This document shows, piece after piece, positions 1-10,347 of a stretch of 64,000 nt of DNA. The stretch is from the NCBI GenBank assembly GCA_021513695.1, contig CP084166.1, positions 2,368,001-2,432,000 of the forward strand, written 5' to 3'. Origin of the DNA: Candidatus Heimdallarchaeum aukensis. Lineage in GTDB: Archaea > Asgardarchaeota > Heimdallarchaeia > Heimdallarchaeales > Heimdallarchaeaceae. A program made the position numbers and the translations under genes. The notes below the pieces were generated by a model. The model was not told the origin of the DNA, searched no databases, and saw nothing but the letters and a program-made list of their open reading frames with translations. Each line of letters begins with the position of its first letter. The stretch's first letter is position 1.

Positions 1-1
1 A

Positions 2-2320
2 TTAAGCTCTATACTCGGAACTTCACTTATGCCAAATACTAATGCATTGTATTCTAATATCGATATTAGATTCCCATTTTTAGCTAATTTTACATTAGTA
101 AGACCCTTTCCAACAAATGTTGCCCCCAAATTGTCTGGGCTCTTTCAATGGGTGCTAAAAACTCCCTTATTTGTAATTTTTCCCACCTTTAATGCTTGTT
201 TGCATTATTACTTATCCGTTGAAGATAGTGCAAAATTTCCAAGAGTTATCATAACTAACTCTTATTCTGATACTTTAATTGAAGAAAATGGTATCTTCAA
301 AATGAATTATGAAGTAGAAAATATAGGGAACACTATCGCTTATAACACTACCTTGTTCTTTCCAATTCCTCGTGAACTTGAGTTCTATTCAAAAGAAAAC
401 CTTTCTGTTCCCGTTCTAAAGGACGAAATCGAAATAAATTCGAGTTTTAGTAATGAAATTAAATTGAAAATTGATATTCCTTATCTATTAAAAGAGACAG
501 ACTTACTTCTGCGAATATTAGGTTGGTATCAAAATGTTTCAACTAACGCATTAGAAAGATGGAATGATACTACTCAGATTCCACTATATGGAACTGAATT
601 AACACTGATCTCAGAATATGGGTTTCCATCTGATCTTGTTGACTTATTAGTAAATTTCATTATTCCATATCTTATGAAAAACTATGATACAGTTCTAGAG
701 CTATATAATGATCTAGATACTGTGGTCGAGATATTATATCTGTCACTTATTTCTACTTATAATACAACTTTCCACGCTTTCTATGATATGAAACCAATAT
801 TTAATTACATATCAGATGATTTTCAAATAATTCACACTTCTTTTGGAAGCTTTCTTTATTGTGTAATTCCAGAAATTGGTGTAAATGAAACTATTAGAGT
901 AAATTGGTCAATTGAAAATATTCCAACAAAATATGATCGAGTAGGAATATTTAACCTAACATCTGAAACCAATGATGATCAGGTTATAAAGAAATATGCG
1001 ATATTTCAAACAAAGAATACAGATTATCATACTCTTCTCATATCTAAATATTCAGAAACTGACAGTACAGGACGGATATTGAGTGATTACGATGAAATAA
1101 CGAATTCATTCATTAATATTGGTACCCGATTTAAGTATTCGAACATAAATGGGGATGAATATTATGGTTTGACAAACGGTATAAATATTCAAATTGGGGA
1201 TGATGAGGCCATCATAGAAAGTAAATTGACTACATCTAGTTCTGTATATTCTGTTGGGGATAATATATTTTTAACATTAAATATAACTAATAGAGGACAA
1301 ATACCTGCATATGATATTAATATTGAAATTGCCAACATCAAACTAGATTTCCTATGGCAACCTAGCGACATTATAAAATTAAAGAGTTTAACGATTGATT
1401 CGATTGCTCCTAACGAAAGTTTTGTGAGGGTAATTCAATTAAGAGCAAACAGCTATATAGGTTTTAATACTTATATTGCGTTTATTAGTTTTGTTTCTGA
1501 CAAAGATCAACATGGTGTTGAAGTAACTAATCCTTGGACAAATCAAACTTCAGTGTGGACATACGGTGGTGAAACAAAGAATATTGTTACTTCTACATTA
1601 GTTTCTGGATTGCTTATTCCTTCTCAGTCATTTGTGAATAAATCCAGACCTAGTTTTCCTTTACCTGAGATAGTGTCAAATGTTAGTTATTCACTCTCTC
1701 CCGCCAATTCTACTGTAACTGTACAATATGAAATAAGCAATACTGGCTTATCAGAAGCAAACGTTTCCATCACACAATTTCTCGATAATTCCACCTATTC
1801 TTCCCTAGAATCGGTCGAAATTAGAAAAAGTGAAGTCAGTTATAATTATGTAGCTAGTAGTTACCTAACTTATATTAAATTAAATCTGATAGAGCAAGTT
1901 ACTCTTCTTCCTGGAGAAAAAGTAACAATAACAGAGACTTATTCTGTTAAAAACACTAAATTAGTTCTTTCACCTTTACAAATAGAGTATTATTCACTTT
2001 ATGAGATAATGACAACTGACTTCCAATCCGACTACACTGATTTTGGTGAAGAAAGCACAGTTTTTGTTAGCGAGTATTTACACTTCAGCCCACTAACCGC
2101 AACCGAAAGCGATCAAGCCAAATTCAAATGGTCTTCGTATTCTGACAACATTGATATTGATTTACCACCAATAGAAGAGGAACAAACAACGAAATTTGTA
2201 GTTACTTTTCCTGAAATCCACTTTATGTTTATACTCGTGAGCGTTGGCACAGCAACAGTTGTAGTAAGTATATTTTCGATTATAAGTGCAATATTAAGAA
2301 AAAGAAGAGGATATATGTAA
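2..2320 (+). CDS. Large cell-surface (glyco)protein with a C-terminal TM anchor and basic tail. Probably 5'-partial, because the frame is open to the window edge and there is no signal peptide after M29.
   Basis: 763 aa ORF with many N-x-S/T sequons. The C-terminal hydrophobic helix is followed by RKRRGYM. The frame is open from position 2. Confidence 0.45.
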   Translation, partial: LSSILGTSLMPNTNALYSNIDIRFPFLANFTLVRPFPTNVAPKLSGLFQWVLKTPLFVIFPTFNACLHYYLSVEDSAKFPRVIITNSYSDTLIEENGIFKMNYEVENIGNTIAYNTTLFFPIPRELEFYSKENLSVPVLKDEIEINSSFSNEIKLKIDIPYLLKETDLLLRILGWYQNVSTNALERWNDTTQIPLYGTELTLISEYGFPSDLVDLLVNFIIPYLMKNYDTVLELYNDLDTVVEILYLSLISTYNTTFHAFYDMKPIFNYISDDFQIIHTSFGSFLYCVIPEIGVNETIRVNWSIENIPTKYDRVGIFNLTSETNDDQVIKKYAIFQTKNTDYHTLLISKYSETDSTGRILSDYDEITNSFINIGTRFKYSNINGDEYYGLTNGINIQIGDDEAIIESKLTTSSSVYSVGDNIFLTLNITNRGQIPAYDINIEIANIKLDFLWQPSDIIKLKSLTIDSIAPNESFVRVIQLRANSYIGFNTYIAFISFVSDKDQHGVEVTNPWTNQTSVWTYGGETKNIVTSTLVSGLLIPSQSFVNKSRPSFPLPEIVSNVSYSLSPANSTVTVQYEISNTGLSEANVSITQFLDNSTYSSLESVEIRKSEVSYNYVASSYLTYIKLNLIEQVTLLPGEKVTITETYSVKNTKLVLSPLQIEYYSLYEIMTTDFQSDYTDFGEESTVFVSEYLHFSPLTATESDQAKFKWSSYSDNIDIDLPPIEEEQTTKFVVTFPEIHFMFILVSVGTATVVVSIFSIISAILRKRRGYM

Positions 2321-2578
2321 TTACCTTAAATCAAAATCATCTGAAGTTAGATTCTTCAGAAAAGCCATCATTTCTTCTTGCATATCTTGACTTTGTTTCA
2401 TGCTCATTGTCTGTGCATAAAACATTGTAAACAATTCTCCTAGTAAGCATTGTGTGCATAGTTCTGTAGTAAGCTCCTCATTTGGAAATCTACAAGGAAA
2501 ATCAAGTTTTTTTACGTTACCATTTGGATCTCTTGCATTAATACTTGGCTTCCATTTACATTTTCTCGTTGACTGCAT
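2321..2578 (-). CDS. Small Cys-containing hypothetical protein
   Basis: 85 aa ORF with C-x21-C-x11-C-x2-C spacing. It abuts the stop of the upstream gene. No family was recognised. Confidence 0.3.
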   Translation of the reverse strand: MQSTRKCKWKPSINARDPNGNVKKLDFPCRFPNEELTTELCTQCLLGELFTMFYAQTMSMKQSQDMQEEMMAFLKNLTSDDFDLR

Positions 2579-2746
2579 TTTAATTCACCAAAAAGAAAAA
2601 ACTTTCTGATTTCCTTTTTCTTATTGGATTAAAAGCTTTATTGTAAAAACCTTTTCAGTTTCAAGATTTAAATGATATTACTTTTTATAATAACTGCTTG
2701 AGGTTAAAAGTGACATGTTTAAAAAGAAAAAACTTCTTTTTCGTTT

Positions 2747-5293
2747 GTGAAATGTCCCGATTGTAGTAAAACCTTAACGATTGAAGAAAAAAGTCACACA
2801 TTTACTTTTCGTTGTCAATTTTGTGGATACTACTCAAAAATTGTTGGTGCTAAAAATGTTGAAGAAGCTTATAAGAAGACTGTGGAGAGGGCTATAGCTC
2901 AAAACAATATAATCCAAATATCAAAAAAAGAATCAGAACAACTAGTTAAAAGATTAACTCTTCAAGAGAAAATTAATCTGATTAAAAAAGGGAATGGTGA
3001 TCCTTCTAATCTCCCAAATCCCTTAGTTAAATTGTTAAGACATCCTGACTTAGAACCAGTTTACTATTTATTCTTGGAGCAAAAGTCTCCAGCTTTAGCT
3101 AAAGATTCCCTTTTTCTTCCATCTGAATTAAGTTCCTTTCTTAAGAAAAAGGGTTTTGTTCAATTATATGAATTTCAAAAACAATCGTTCAAAAAGATAA
3201 CAGAAGGAAAAAATGTAGTTATTGTAGCCCCAACTGGAACAGGTAAAACCGAGGCTTTCCTTTTTGCTATATTAACAGAAATTTGGGAATCTCATCCTCA
3301 TCCTCTATTACGAAATGGTCCTTATGCAATCTTTATCTATCCAAATAAAGCTTTAGCTAGAGATCAACAAAAGAAGATAAGCGAATATAGTTCAAAATTG
3401 GGAATAACCTGTGAAATTTTTGATGGCGATACTTCACAATCCAAAAGAAAAAAGATTTTGGAAAATCCTCCTGATATTTTAATAACAAATCCTGATATGC
3501 TACACTATCATATGCGAAAACCTAGTTTTAGGAGTCTGCTTTATCCGGTAAAGTTTGTAGTTATAGATGAAGTTCATGTGGCCGTAGGAGCATTTGGAAC
3601 AAATCTTTATTTTATAATTAGGCGATTAAGTCGATTGACAAAAAATAAATTACAATTTATTGCTGTTTCTGCCACAATAGGTAATGCCGTTGAGTTTACT
3701 TCTAAATTATTTAACAGCCCTTCTATGGATATAGTAGAAGTAACAGATGCACGAAAAGCACCTACTCATCTTATGATTGTGTATCCATATGGAACAAGCC
3801 AGTATACACTTACAGGAGACATTACTCGATTACTTGCTTCATCTGGTAGAAAAATCTTAGTTTTCCAGAATAGTCATAAAAATGCAGAAATTATTAATCT
3901 CCTTCTCAGCCAGAGAATGAAAATTGACAGCGCAGTGCATAGAGCGGGTCTCACAAAGAAATATAGAGCACAGGTAGAAAAAAGATTTAGAGATAATGAA
4001 CTAGATGTGTTAGTTTCAACGCCTACTTTAGAATTAGGAATAGATATTGGCAGTGTAGATTCTGTTGTATCTTCAATTGTTGACTTTACAAGGTTTACTC
4101 AACGATTAGGTAGAGCAGGAAGAAAAGGACAAGAATCAATAGGTATTCTTATTCTTAGGGACAATGACCCGATCTCTACCTATTATGCTTTTTACCCTGA
4201 AGACTATTTTGAAGACATAAGAAAAGGATTTATTGAACCTAAAAATGAACTCATTGCCTACTACCAAATATTATCCGCTGTGATGGATAAACCTCTAAAA
4301 GAAAATGAATTTCAAGAGTTTAAACACATTATTTTGAATCTTGTAAATGATGGTTTAGTTAAATTAGCACCAAAAGGAGAATTTCAAATAGCTGATTATT
4401 CAAAGGTTAGAAAAGTTTTGTCAGTATTTAACTTAAGAGGAATCGGTGATACTATCGTAATTGAAGATATCAATGGCAAAGAACTAGGTAGTCGTTCAAT
4501 GCCAATGGCTGCAAGAGAGTTACATCCGGGGGCAATATATTTACTAGGCGGAAAATATTATCGCTCTCTGTCCTTTCAGTATGATCCGAGATTAGGTCGT
4601 GGAAGAGTTAAAGTTCAAAATATTCCGCCGCTTAATAAAAAAACTACTGCTTTACGTTTTGCAATGCCTGAGATTATTAAAATTCATGAATTAAAGAAAA
4701 TTACTGGAACAGAAGCAATTTACTGTGATCTACGAATAACAGAAAATGTAATTGGTTATTCACTTTCTGATATCTTTACTGATGAGAATGTTGAAAACAT
4801 CCCGTTAAAAGAACCTATTCAGTATTCTTTTGTAACTAAAGGATTTATGTTTGTGATGCCAAAACCTCAAAAAATCTTCAGAAATTACCCCGATAAGCAT
4901 GAAGATGAACTAGCCACTGGCACATTTCACGCAATTGAACATGTTTTAATCGAATCAAGCGAAATGATAACTGGTGGAGGAAGTAATGAAATAGGAGGTA
5001 TTTCAATGGGACATTCTGGAGCAATTTTTGTGTATGATGGAGCTAAAGGAGGTTCTGGTCTTTCAAAGCTACTTTTTGACCGATTAGATGAAGCGCTTGA
5101 TCGTTCATTAAATATCCTTAAGAAATGTACATGTAAAACAATGGACGGTTGTCCTAGATGTACCTATAGCTATCAATGTGGAAACAATAATTTCCCACTG
5201 AACAAGTATGGTGCTATTGAATCTCTGACACTTGTTAAAAAATCTAAATTAAAAATCATTGAAGATGTGAGCGGTTATAATCCTCTGATCTAG
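2747..5293 (+). CDS. DEAD/DEAH-box helicase of the COG1205/YprA(MrfA)-like family. It has an N-terminal zinc ribbon and a C-terminal DUF1998 Cys-cluster domain.
   Basis: Walker A APTGTGKTEAF, motif II VVIDEVHV, SAT (SATIGN), motif VI RLGRAGRKG. N-terminal CPDC...CQFCGY. C-terminal CTCKTMDGCPRCTYSYQCG. Confidence 0.75.
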   Translation: MKCPDCSKTLTIEEKSHTFTFRCQFCGYYSKIVGAKNVEEAYKKTVERAIAQNNIIQISKKESEQLVKRLTLQEKINLIKKGNGDPSNLPNPLVKLLRHPDLEPVYYLFLEQKSPALAKDSLFLPSELSSFLKKKGFVQLYEFQKQSFKKITEGKNVVIVAPTGTGKTEAFLFAILTEIWESHPHPLLRNGPYAIFIYPNKALARDQQKKISEYSSKLGITCEIFDGDTSQSKRKKILENPPDILITNPDMLHYHMRKPSFRSLLYPVKFVVIDEVHVAVGAFGTNLYFIIRRLSRLTKNKLQFIAVSATIGNAVEFTSKLFNSPSMDIVEVTDARKAPTHLMIVYPYGTSQYTLTGDITRLLASSGRKILVFQNSHKNAEIINLLLSQRMKIDSAVHRAGLTKKYRAQVEKRFRDNELDVLVSTPTLELGIDIGSVDSVVSSIVDFTRFTQRLGRAGRKGQESIGILILRDNDPISTYYAFYPEDYFEDIRKGFIEPKNELIAYYQILSAVMDKPLKENEFQEFKHIILNLVNDGLVKLAPKGEFQIADYSKVRKVLSVFNLRGIGDTIVIEDINGKELGSRSMPMAARELHPGAIYLLGGKYYRSLSFQYDPRLGRGRVKVQNIPPLNKKTTALRFAMPEIIKIHELKKITGTEAIYCDLRITENVIGYSLSDIFTDENVENIPLKEPIQYSFVTKGFMFVMPKPQKIFRNYPDKHEDELATGTFHAIEHVLIESSEMITGGGSNEIGGISMGHSGAIFVYDGAKGGSGLSKLLFDRLDEALDRSLNILKKCTCKTMDGCPRCTYSYQCGNNNFPLNKYGAIESLTLVKKSKLKIIEDVSGYNPLI

Positions 5294-5367
5294 TTGTAAT
5301 ACCCTAGTAATGTTCACATCATGTGCCCATGTTATATCATTTTTTTAGGTAAACCAAGAATTGGTTC

Positions 5368-5787
5368 TTGATCAACATGCTATCGTCATCAAATCTTAAT
5401 GTGAAAGAGATGCTTAATATTGCTCTCGACTGTATTTTCCCAACTAGTGAATCAATAGAACCTGAAATATTAAAAGAAATCACAAAATTCTTAGAACAAC
5501 AAGAACCTCAAGCTCCAACAGAAGATGCTGAAATTGTTAGAGGTGAAATAAGGAAAGCATTAATCCACTTTAAAAATCGTCCTTATTTGTATAATTCTAG
5601 AAAGAAAATTGAGAGTCTATTACTTAAGAACGAAAATTGGAAAAAATTCATTATTGCTCCTCATTCATTTAAAGATGAACTTATTGAAGCAGGGTTATCA
5701 TCAAAAGAGATAGCATTGTTGAAATCATCTCTTGAGAATGCAGAAAACACATTAAACCTCCTAAAACATATTCCCCAACCTCACTAA
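5368..5787 (+). CDS. Hypothetical protein
   Basis: 139 aa ORF co-directional with and 75 bp downstream of the helicase. No recognisable motif. Confidence 0.35.
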   Translation: MINMLSSSNLNVKEMLNIALDCIFPTSESIEPEILKEITKFLEQQEPQAPTEDAEIVRGEIRKALIHFKNRPYLYNSRKKIESLLLKNENWKKFIIAPHSFKDELIEAGLSSKEIALLKSSLENAENTLNLLKHIPQPH

Positions 5788-5912
5788 TCTTTTTGCATTC
5801 TCCTTTTTTTAAATCCTATTCTTTTTTCTTGTTAATTTCATTCTCCTTTTTACTCTCAATTACATGAAAAAAAAAGATAATGTTTTAAATTATTGATTTT
5901 TTCTTAATTTTA

Positions 5913-7433
5913 ATGGCAGATTTAAGACTTAAATACGGTACATCGCTAAATAAACAAAAAATGATGGAAATAACTATTGTAAGTATTATTGCACTATTTC
6001 TCTTTGTTTTGTCATTATATGTTAAAGATGCTTTTTGTTCTTGGTTCAATATGCAGAAGGGTGCAGGTTTTTACTGGTATTATGACCCCTCTAACCCTGA
6101 AGCTGTTTGGTACATAGAAGGATACGTTGATGCCTCATATTATTATCAACCTTATTTGTATGCATTTAGATATCAGAATTGGAATCCTTACTTGGGTGGA
6201 GAAGGACCATTGAATGGTTATGCTTATGGCCCCCTTTTTATATATGGTCTTTATTTTATTTCTCTTTTTGTTTCTATTGCAAATCCTTCTCTAACGAATT
6301 TTCAAGTGGTAATTGAATCAGTAAAATGGACACATATTGTTTTTGACTCATTATCGGTTGTTATGCTTTTTTTTATTGTTATCAATTTAGAAATAATGAA
6401 GTCAAAGAAATTTTCTAAATATTTAACTGGTGTTATAGCATCTGTTGTATATATTTTCATGCCCTTTAATCTGCTATACATTGATGCTTTAAGTCTTAAT
6501 ATTCCTCAAATGACTTTCTTTGTTCTTCTTGGAACATTTTTATTTAGAAAAGAAAAATATATTTTATCTTCATTTGCCATGACTTTGGGTTGGTTATCGA
6601 AACAGATGCCACTATTTATTGTTGTTCCTTGGTTTATAATACTCTGGAAAAAAGATGAAGACTTGAAAAAAGCACTTGTAGATTTCTTATTCCCTTTCTT
6701 TATTTTCACTTTGATATTCTCAATTCCTTGGTTAATATTGTCACCGGGAGGATATTTATTTAGAATATTTGGACCTGGAAAACCATTATCTATCGTTTCT
6801 TTGTCTTCCAAATATAATGGATATACTGTCACCTTGGCACATAGTTTTCTGAAATTAGGAAGCGAAACTTTAGCAAACATATATTTGTTTCTAAATAAGT
6901 ATATGATACCTTTTTTTGTTTTTTATATACTTACGTTATTAATTTGCTATTTTAATGCTTTAGATATATTTAATGACGAAAAACAATTTTACATTTATAA
7001 CACAGTAGTAATTCTTGTGTCTCATATATTCATTTCTAGAGGAATTTACAAATATTATGATGCATTTTTTTCTCCTTTCTTCATTCTTTTTCTTGTTTTA
7101 CTACTTTGGTCTTATTTTGACTTATGTAGATTCAACAATAGAACTTTATTGTATTCTTATTTTTTCGTTTCAATAATTTCCAGTTCAATTATTTTGTACT
7201 ATATTAATTGGGTAATAATCATCAAATCTAGATTCCTTCATCCTCTCTACTTGTTATTAATTTTTATTTTCATTTCTAGCTTTTTAGAAAGTAATTTTTA
7301 CTCGAGTCTAACCAAGTTTGAAAGCTACAGAATGATAATATTAGATATCAAAAAGATTTACTCTGATATAAAAAACTCTCTTCGAATACACAAAAAGGAA
7401 AAAGATCCGAAAATAAATCCGAATTTAGAATAA
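5913..7433 (+). CDS. Polytopic integral membrane protein, possibly a GT-C-fold glycosyltransferase (DUF2029-like)
   Basis: 506 aa, aromatic-rich, at least 10 predicted TM helices, N-terminal soluble loop rich in Y/W/P. Assignment by architecture only. Confidence 0.35.
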   Translation: MADLRLKYGTSLNKQKMMEITIVSIIALFLFVLSLYVKDAFCSWFNMQKGAGFYWYYDPSNPEAVWYIEGYVDASYYYQPYLYAFRYQNWNPYLGGEGPLNGYAYGPLFIYGLYFISLFVSIANPSLTNFQVVIESVKWTHIVFDSLSVVMLFFIVINLEIMKSKKFSKYLTGVIASVVYIFMPFNLLYIDALSLNIPQMTFFVLLGTFLFRKEKYILSSFAMTLGWLSKQMPLFIVVPWFIILWKKDEDLKKALVDFLFPFFIFTLIFSIPWLILSPGGYLFRIFGPGKPLSIVSLSSKYNGYTVTLAHSFLKLGSETLANIYLFLNKYMIPFFVFYILTLLICYFNALDIFNDEKQFYIYNTVVILVSHIFISRGIYKYYDAFFSPFFILFLVLLLWSYFDLCRFNNRTLLYSYFFVSIISSSIILYYINWVIIIKSRFLHPLYLLLIFIFISSFLESNFYSSLTKFESYRMIILDIKKIYSDIKNSLRIHKKEKDPKINPNLE

Positions 7434-7577
7434 AAATATGATTTTTCAATTATCATTTCTTAACTTTATACTTTCCCTTTTTTAAGAAATCTTCTATAAT
7501 AGCAATGTTTGACCTATATCAAAAAGAATTATAAAGTATAAAATTTCATTATTAGTAGTAAATAGTAAGGTATTCAA

Positions 7578-8138
7578 ATGAAGGAAACAAAAAATCGTGC
7601 TGTTTCTCCAGTTATAGGAACAATGCTAATGATTAGTTTAGTTATTGCGGCGAGTGTATTTGTGGCAATTTTTATTGGCAATATTAGAGTTCCTGCAATT
7701 GAAATTGGAGAAGAGACTCCCTCTCTTTATTCAGTAAACATTGATGTTATTTATTTTAACATAACTGATACTAATTCTAATGGACTAAATGATACACTTG
7801 TAGTAAAGTTTAATCTGGATTTAGATTCCCCAACAATTTATGTACAAGATATTGACATTTTGTTGCCTACAGGAAACTTACTTGATGATATAGTTCCATG
7901 GGTTATTATTGATTCAAATAGCTCTTGGAATTCAGACTTCTATGGATATTCTGTTTTGAATGGTAGTTTGAATGCTACATTTACTGTACAATGTTATGAC
8001 CTATCTAAGTCTGTAGGTGAAATTGCTCCAGGATATTCATTTTATTATTTAATTAAATATAACTATGTTTCTGTCAAAGGAAACCAATTGACTCTTATTT
8101 CTGATGTTTATCAATCAGAGTTAATAGAGACAAAATAA
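7578..8138 (+). CDS. Archaeal type IV pilin-like protein (class III signal peptide)
   Basis: N-terminus KNRAVSPVIGTMLMISLVIAASVF matches the archaeal prepilin/archaellin signal (R/K-G/A-V-S-P-V-I + hydrophobic helix). Secreted domain with N-glycosylation sequons. Confidence 0.65.
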   Translation: MKETKNRAVSPVIGTMLMISLVIAASVFVAIFIGNIRVPAIEIGEETPSLYSVNIDVIYFNITDTNSNGLNDTLVVKFNLDLDSPTIYVQDIDILLPTGNLLDDIVPWVIIDSNSSWNSDFYGYSVLNGSLNATFTVQCYDLSKSVGEIAPGYSFYYLIKYNYVSVKGNQLTLISDVYQSELIETK

Positions 8139-8214
8139 TATACAACATAATAATACATTTTTTTCTTTTTTCAAAACATTTTTTTAGATATTTGTGCTTA
8201 CTAATTTGAACATA

Positions 8215-8949
8215 ATGTCCCTTGAACCAAAACGAGCTTATAAAATAGTTTTAATTGGAGACCCAGAAGTAGGAAAAACTTCCATAAGAAGAAGATATAT
8301 GGGAAAAACGTTTAAAGGAGAATATTTGAAAACAATAGGTGCTGACTTTGCAGCACAAAAAGTAGAAATTGAAGATGAGGTCGTTTTATTAACAATATGG
8401 GATCTAGCTGGGCAAACTATCTTTCATGGAATGCGTTCTTCCTTTTACCAAGGATGTAAGTCTGCGTTAGTTGTTTTTGATGTAACAAATGTTGAAAGTT
8501 TGAACAATGTAGAAAAATGGACAGAAGAAGCTGTAACCTATGCAAAAAGTTCATTACAAGAGATTTATTTAATAGGCAATAAAATAGATTTGAAGAAAGA
8601 GAGAGTAGTTACAAAAGAACAAATAGACAAAAAAGTAAAACAATTGGAATCTTTAGTTAACTTTCCTATTAGAGTTTATGAAACATCTGCTCTTACAGGA
8701 GAAAATATCCAATCTTTATTTATGGATCTAAGTAGACGATTAATTATTAGTGATAACGTTAAATTTGAAGAAGAAATAGAAGCTAAACGTGCTCATGATG
8801 TTAAGAAAGAAAAAAGAAAAGAACCAGGTAAAGATGTTGATTATAAATCTAAAGATGACTTGAAAGAGATAATAAACCATATCGAGCTTCATGTTGAGAA
8901 AATAAATGACTTTATCAAATTATTGAAAAAACGATTAGATAAACTGTAA
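8215..8949 (+). CDS. Rab/Ras-like small GTPase with a charged, coiled C-terminal extension
   Basis: G1 GDPEVGKTS, switch I YLKTIGADF, G3 WDLAGQ, G4 GNKID, G5 ETSAL. ATG at 8215 is preferred over the GTG at 8194. K/E-rich C-tail, no CAAX. Confidence 0.8.
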   Translation: MSLEPKRAYKIVLIGDPEVGKTSIRRRYMGKTFKGEYLKTIGADFAAQKVEIEDEVVLLTIWDLAGQTIFHGMRSSFYQGCKSALVVFDVTNVESLNNVEKWTEEAVTYAKSSLQEIYLIGNKIDLKKERVVTKEQIDKKVKQLESLVNFPIRVYETSALTGENIQSLFMDLSRRLIISDNVKFEEEIEAKRAHDVKKEKRKEPGKDVDYKSKDDLKEIINHIELHVEKINDFIKLLKKRLDKL

Positions 8950-9030
8950 TTTTAAATCTCTTTACTTTGTAATAATCTTCAACAGTCATTCTTTTTTTAG
9001 AAAAAAGAAAAGATTTTGGATAAATTATTC

Positions 9031-10347
9031 TCATTCATCTAATTCTGTTAGTTTGACATATAGTCTCTTATAAAAATCTTGTACAGTTTGTAGAGATTTT
9101 AACTCAATATATTCATTTGCTCCATGAACATTTCCGCCAATTCCTCCAAATTCGATAGCAGGGATGTTCCTAGCGCTAAACCATCTTGAATCTGTAGCTC
9201 CTCCCATCTCAATTGTTTTTGTAGGTAATTCCAGTTCCTTAGCTACTTCAAGAGCTTTTTGAACTAATATTGAGGATTCAGACGTATTAACAGGTCCAAT
9301 ACTTCCTTCTGCTTTTATCTCTGCTTCAACATTGTGGTCTTTAAAGAAATCTTCAAAATATTTTTGAATTAAAGTATGATTATTACTCATAATTCTCAAG
9401 TCTAGTTGTACAAAGTAATGACCTTCTTTTTCAATAAAATAGTTGAAAGTAAGATTTATTCCATAATCACTATAATCTGATTCAATATCAACATTATCAA
9501 AGTCTCTTATAGAACGAAGAAATAAAGTTAAGTTTTTATCAATCTCAAAAGCTTCTCCTTCTTCATTTATCTTAACATAATCAATTGTAATTTCTGGTGG
9601 AATAACATTATTTTTTATGAAAACTCCGCTAATTGTTTGAACCAAGTCATCTTCTGAAAGTTTCTTAGATGCTGCAACAGCACAATGGATATCTAATTCC
9701 TTATTAAAGTATGCAGCATGCATAGTTCTATTTCCAGCTATTTCTGTTGTAAACTTCTCCGTATATAACTTCCCTTTTACTGTTTTCTTCTTTTTTGGAA
9801 TTTTTAAGTTTATAATGTACGGATTTCTACGTCTATTAATTATTTGTAAACCATTAGCATCACCATTTACTACATAATCTGGAACTAAATCATGTTTTTC
9901 TAATTGAGGAAGAAGTTCTCCTGCTCCAAAAGCTCCTCCTGATTCTTCGTCTAAATTAAAAGCAAAAATGATTGTGCCTTTCTCTTCTTTTGCAAAAAAT
10001 TCAGCCAGACTTAGCATTACAGCTACAGAACCCTTCATGTCTGCACTCCCTCGCCCATATCCTTTTTCGTCCCTTATTATAAAGGTAAATGGATCAGTTT
10101 CCCAATTTGGCCCCGGTGGTACAACATCACAGTGCCCTAAATATAACATCTTAGGGCTATCTCTTTTGATATAGGAAATAAGAGTCCAATAACCTTCTTT
10201 TACGTACATAACATTTTCGTATCCATATTCAGATAAGTAATTTCTTATAAAAATGAGTATGTCTTTACTAGGTTTGATTTTTTTTACAGGATTATTTATC
10301 GTATTGAATGAAACAAGTTTTTCAAGAATGGTTAAGTATGATTTCAT
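9031..10347 (-). CDS. M20 family metallopeptidase (ArgE/DapE/CPG2-like deacylase)
   Basis: GHCDVV, GRGSADMKG, EESGG and HGANEYIE metal-binding/catalytic motifs. Confidence 0.75.
   Translation of the reverse strand: MKSYLTILEKLVSFNTINNPVKKIKPSKDILIFIRNYLSEYGYENVMYVKEGYWTLISYIKRDSPKMLYLGHCDVVPPGPNWETDPFTFIIRDEKGYGRGSADMKGSVAVMLSLAEFFAKEEKGTIIFAFNLDEESGGAFGAGELLPQLEKHDLVPDYVVNGDANGLQIINRRRNPYIINLKIPKKKKTVKGKLYTEKFTTEIAGNRTMHAAYFNKELDIHCAVAASKKLSEDDLVQTISGVFIKNNVIPPEITIDYVKINEEGEAFEIDKNLTLFLRSIRDFDNVDIESDYSDYGINLTFNYFIEKEGHYFVQLDLRIMSNNHTLIQKYFEDFFKDHNVEAEIKAEGSIGPVNTSESSILVQKALEVAKELELPTKTIEMGGATDSRWFSARNIPAIEFGGIGGNVHGANEYIELKSLQTVQDFYKRLYVKLTELDE

Noticed and set aside
1189-1371. Short antisense or other ORFs nested inside longer genes (e.g. 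1189-1371, 6506-6880, 9968-10174, 10678-10914, 17238-17495, 17946-18248, 24402-24635, 28052-28290, 39689-40027, 43117-43444, 43650-44048, 45502-46170, 51449-52424, 56136-56456, 56706-57485, 57700-58401, 62264-62605)
   Set aside because: All are fully embedded in longer ORFs that have clear family signatures or coherent composition. They are low-complexity frames typical of AT-rich DNA and none has an independent motif.
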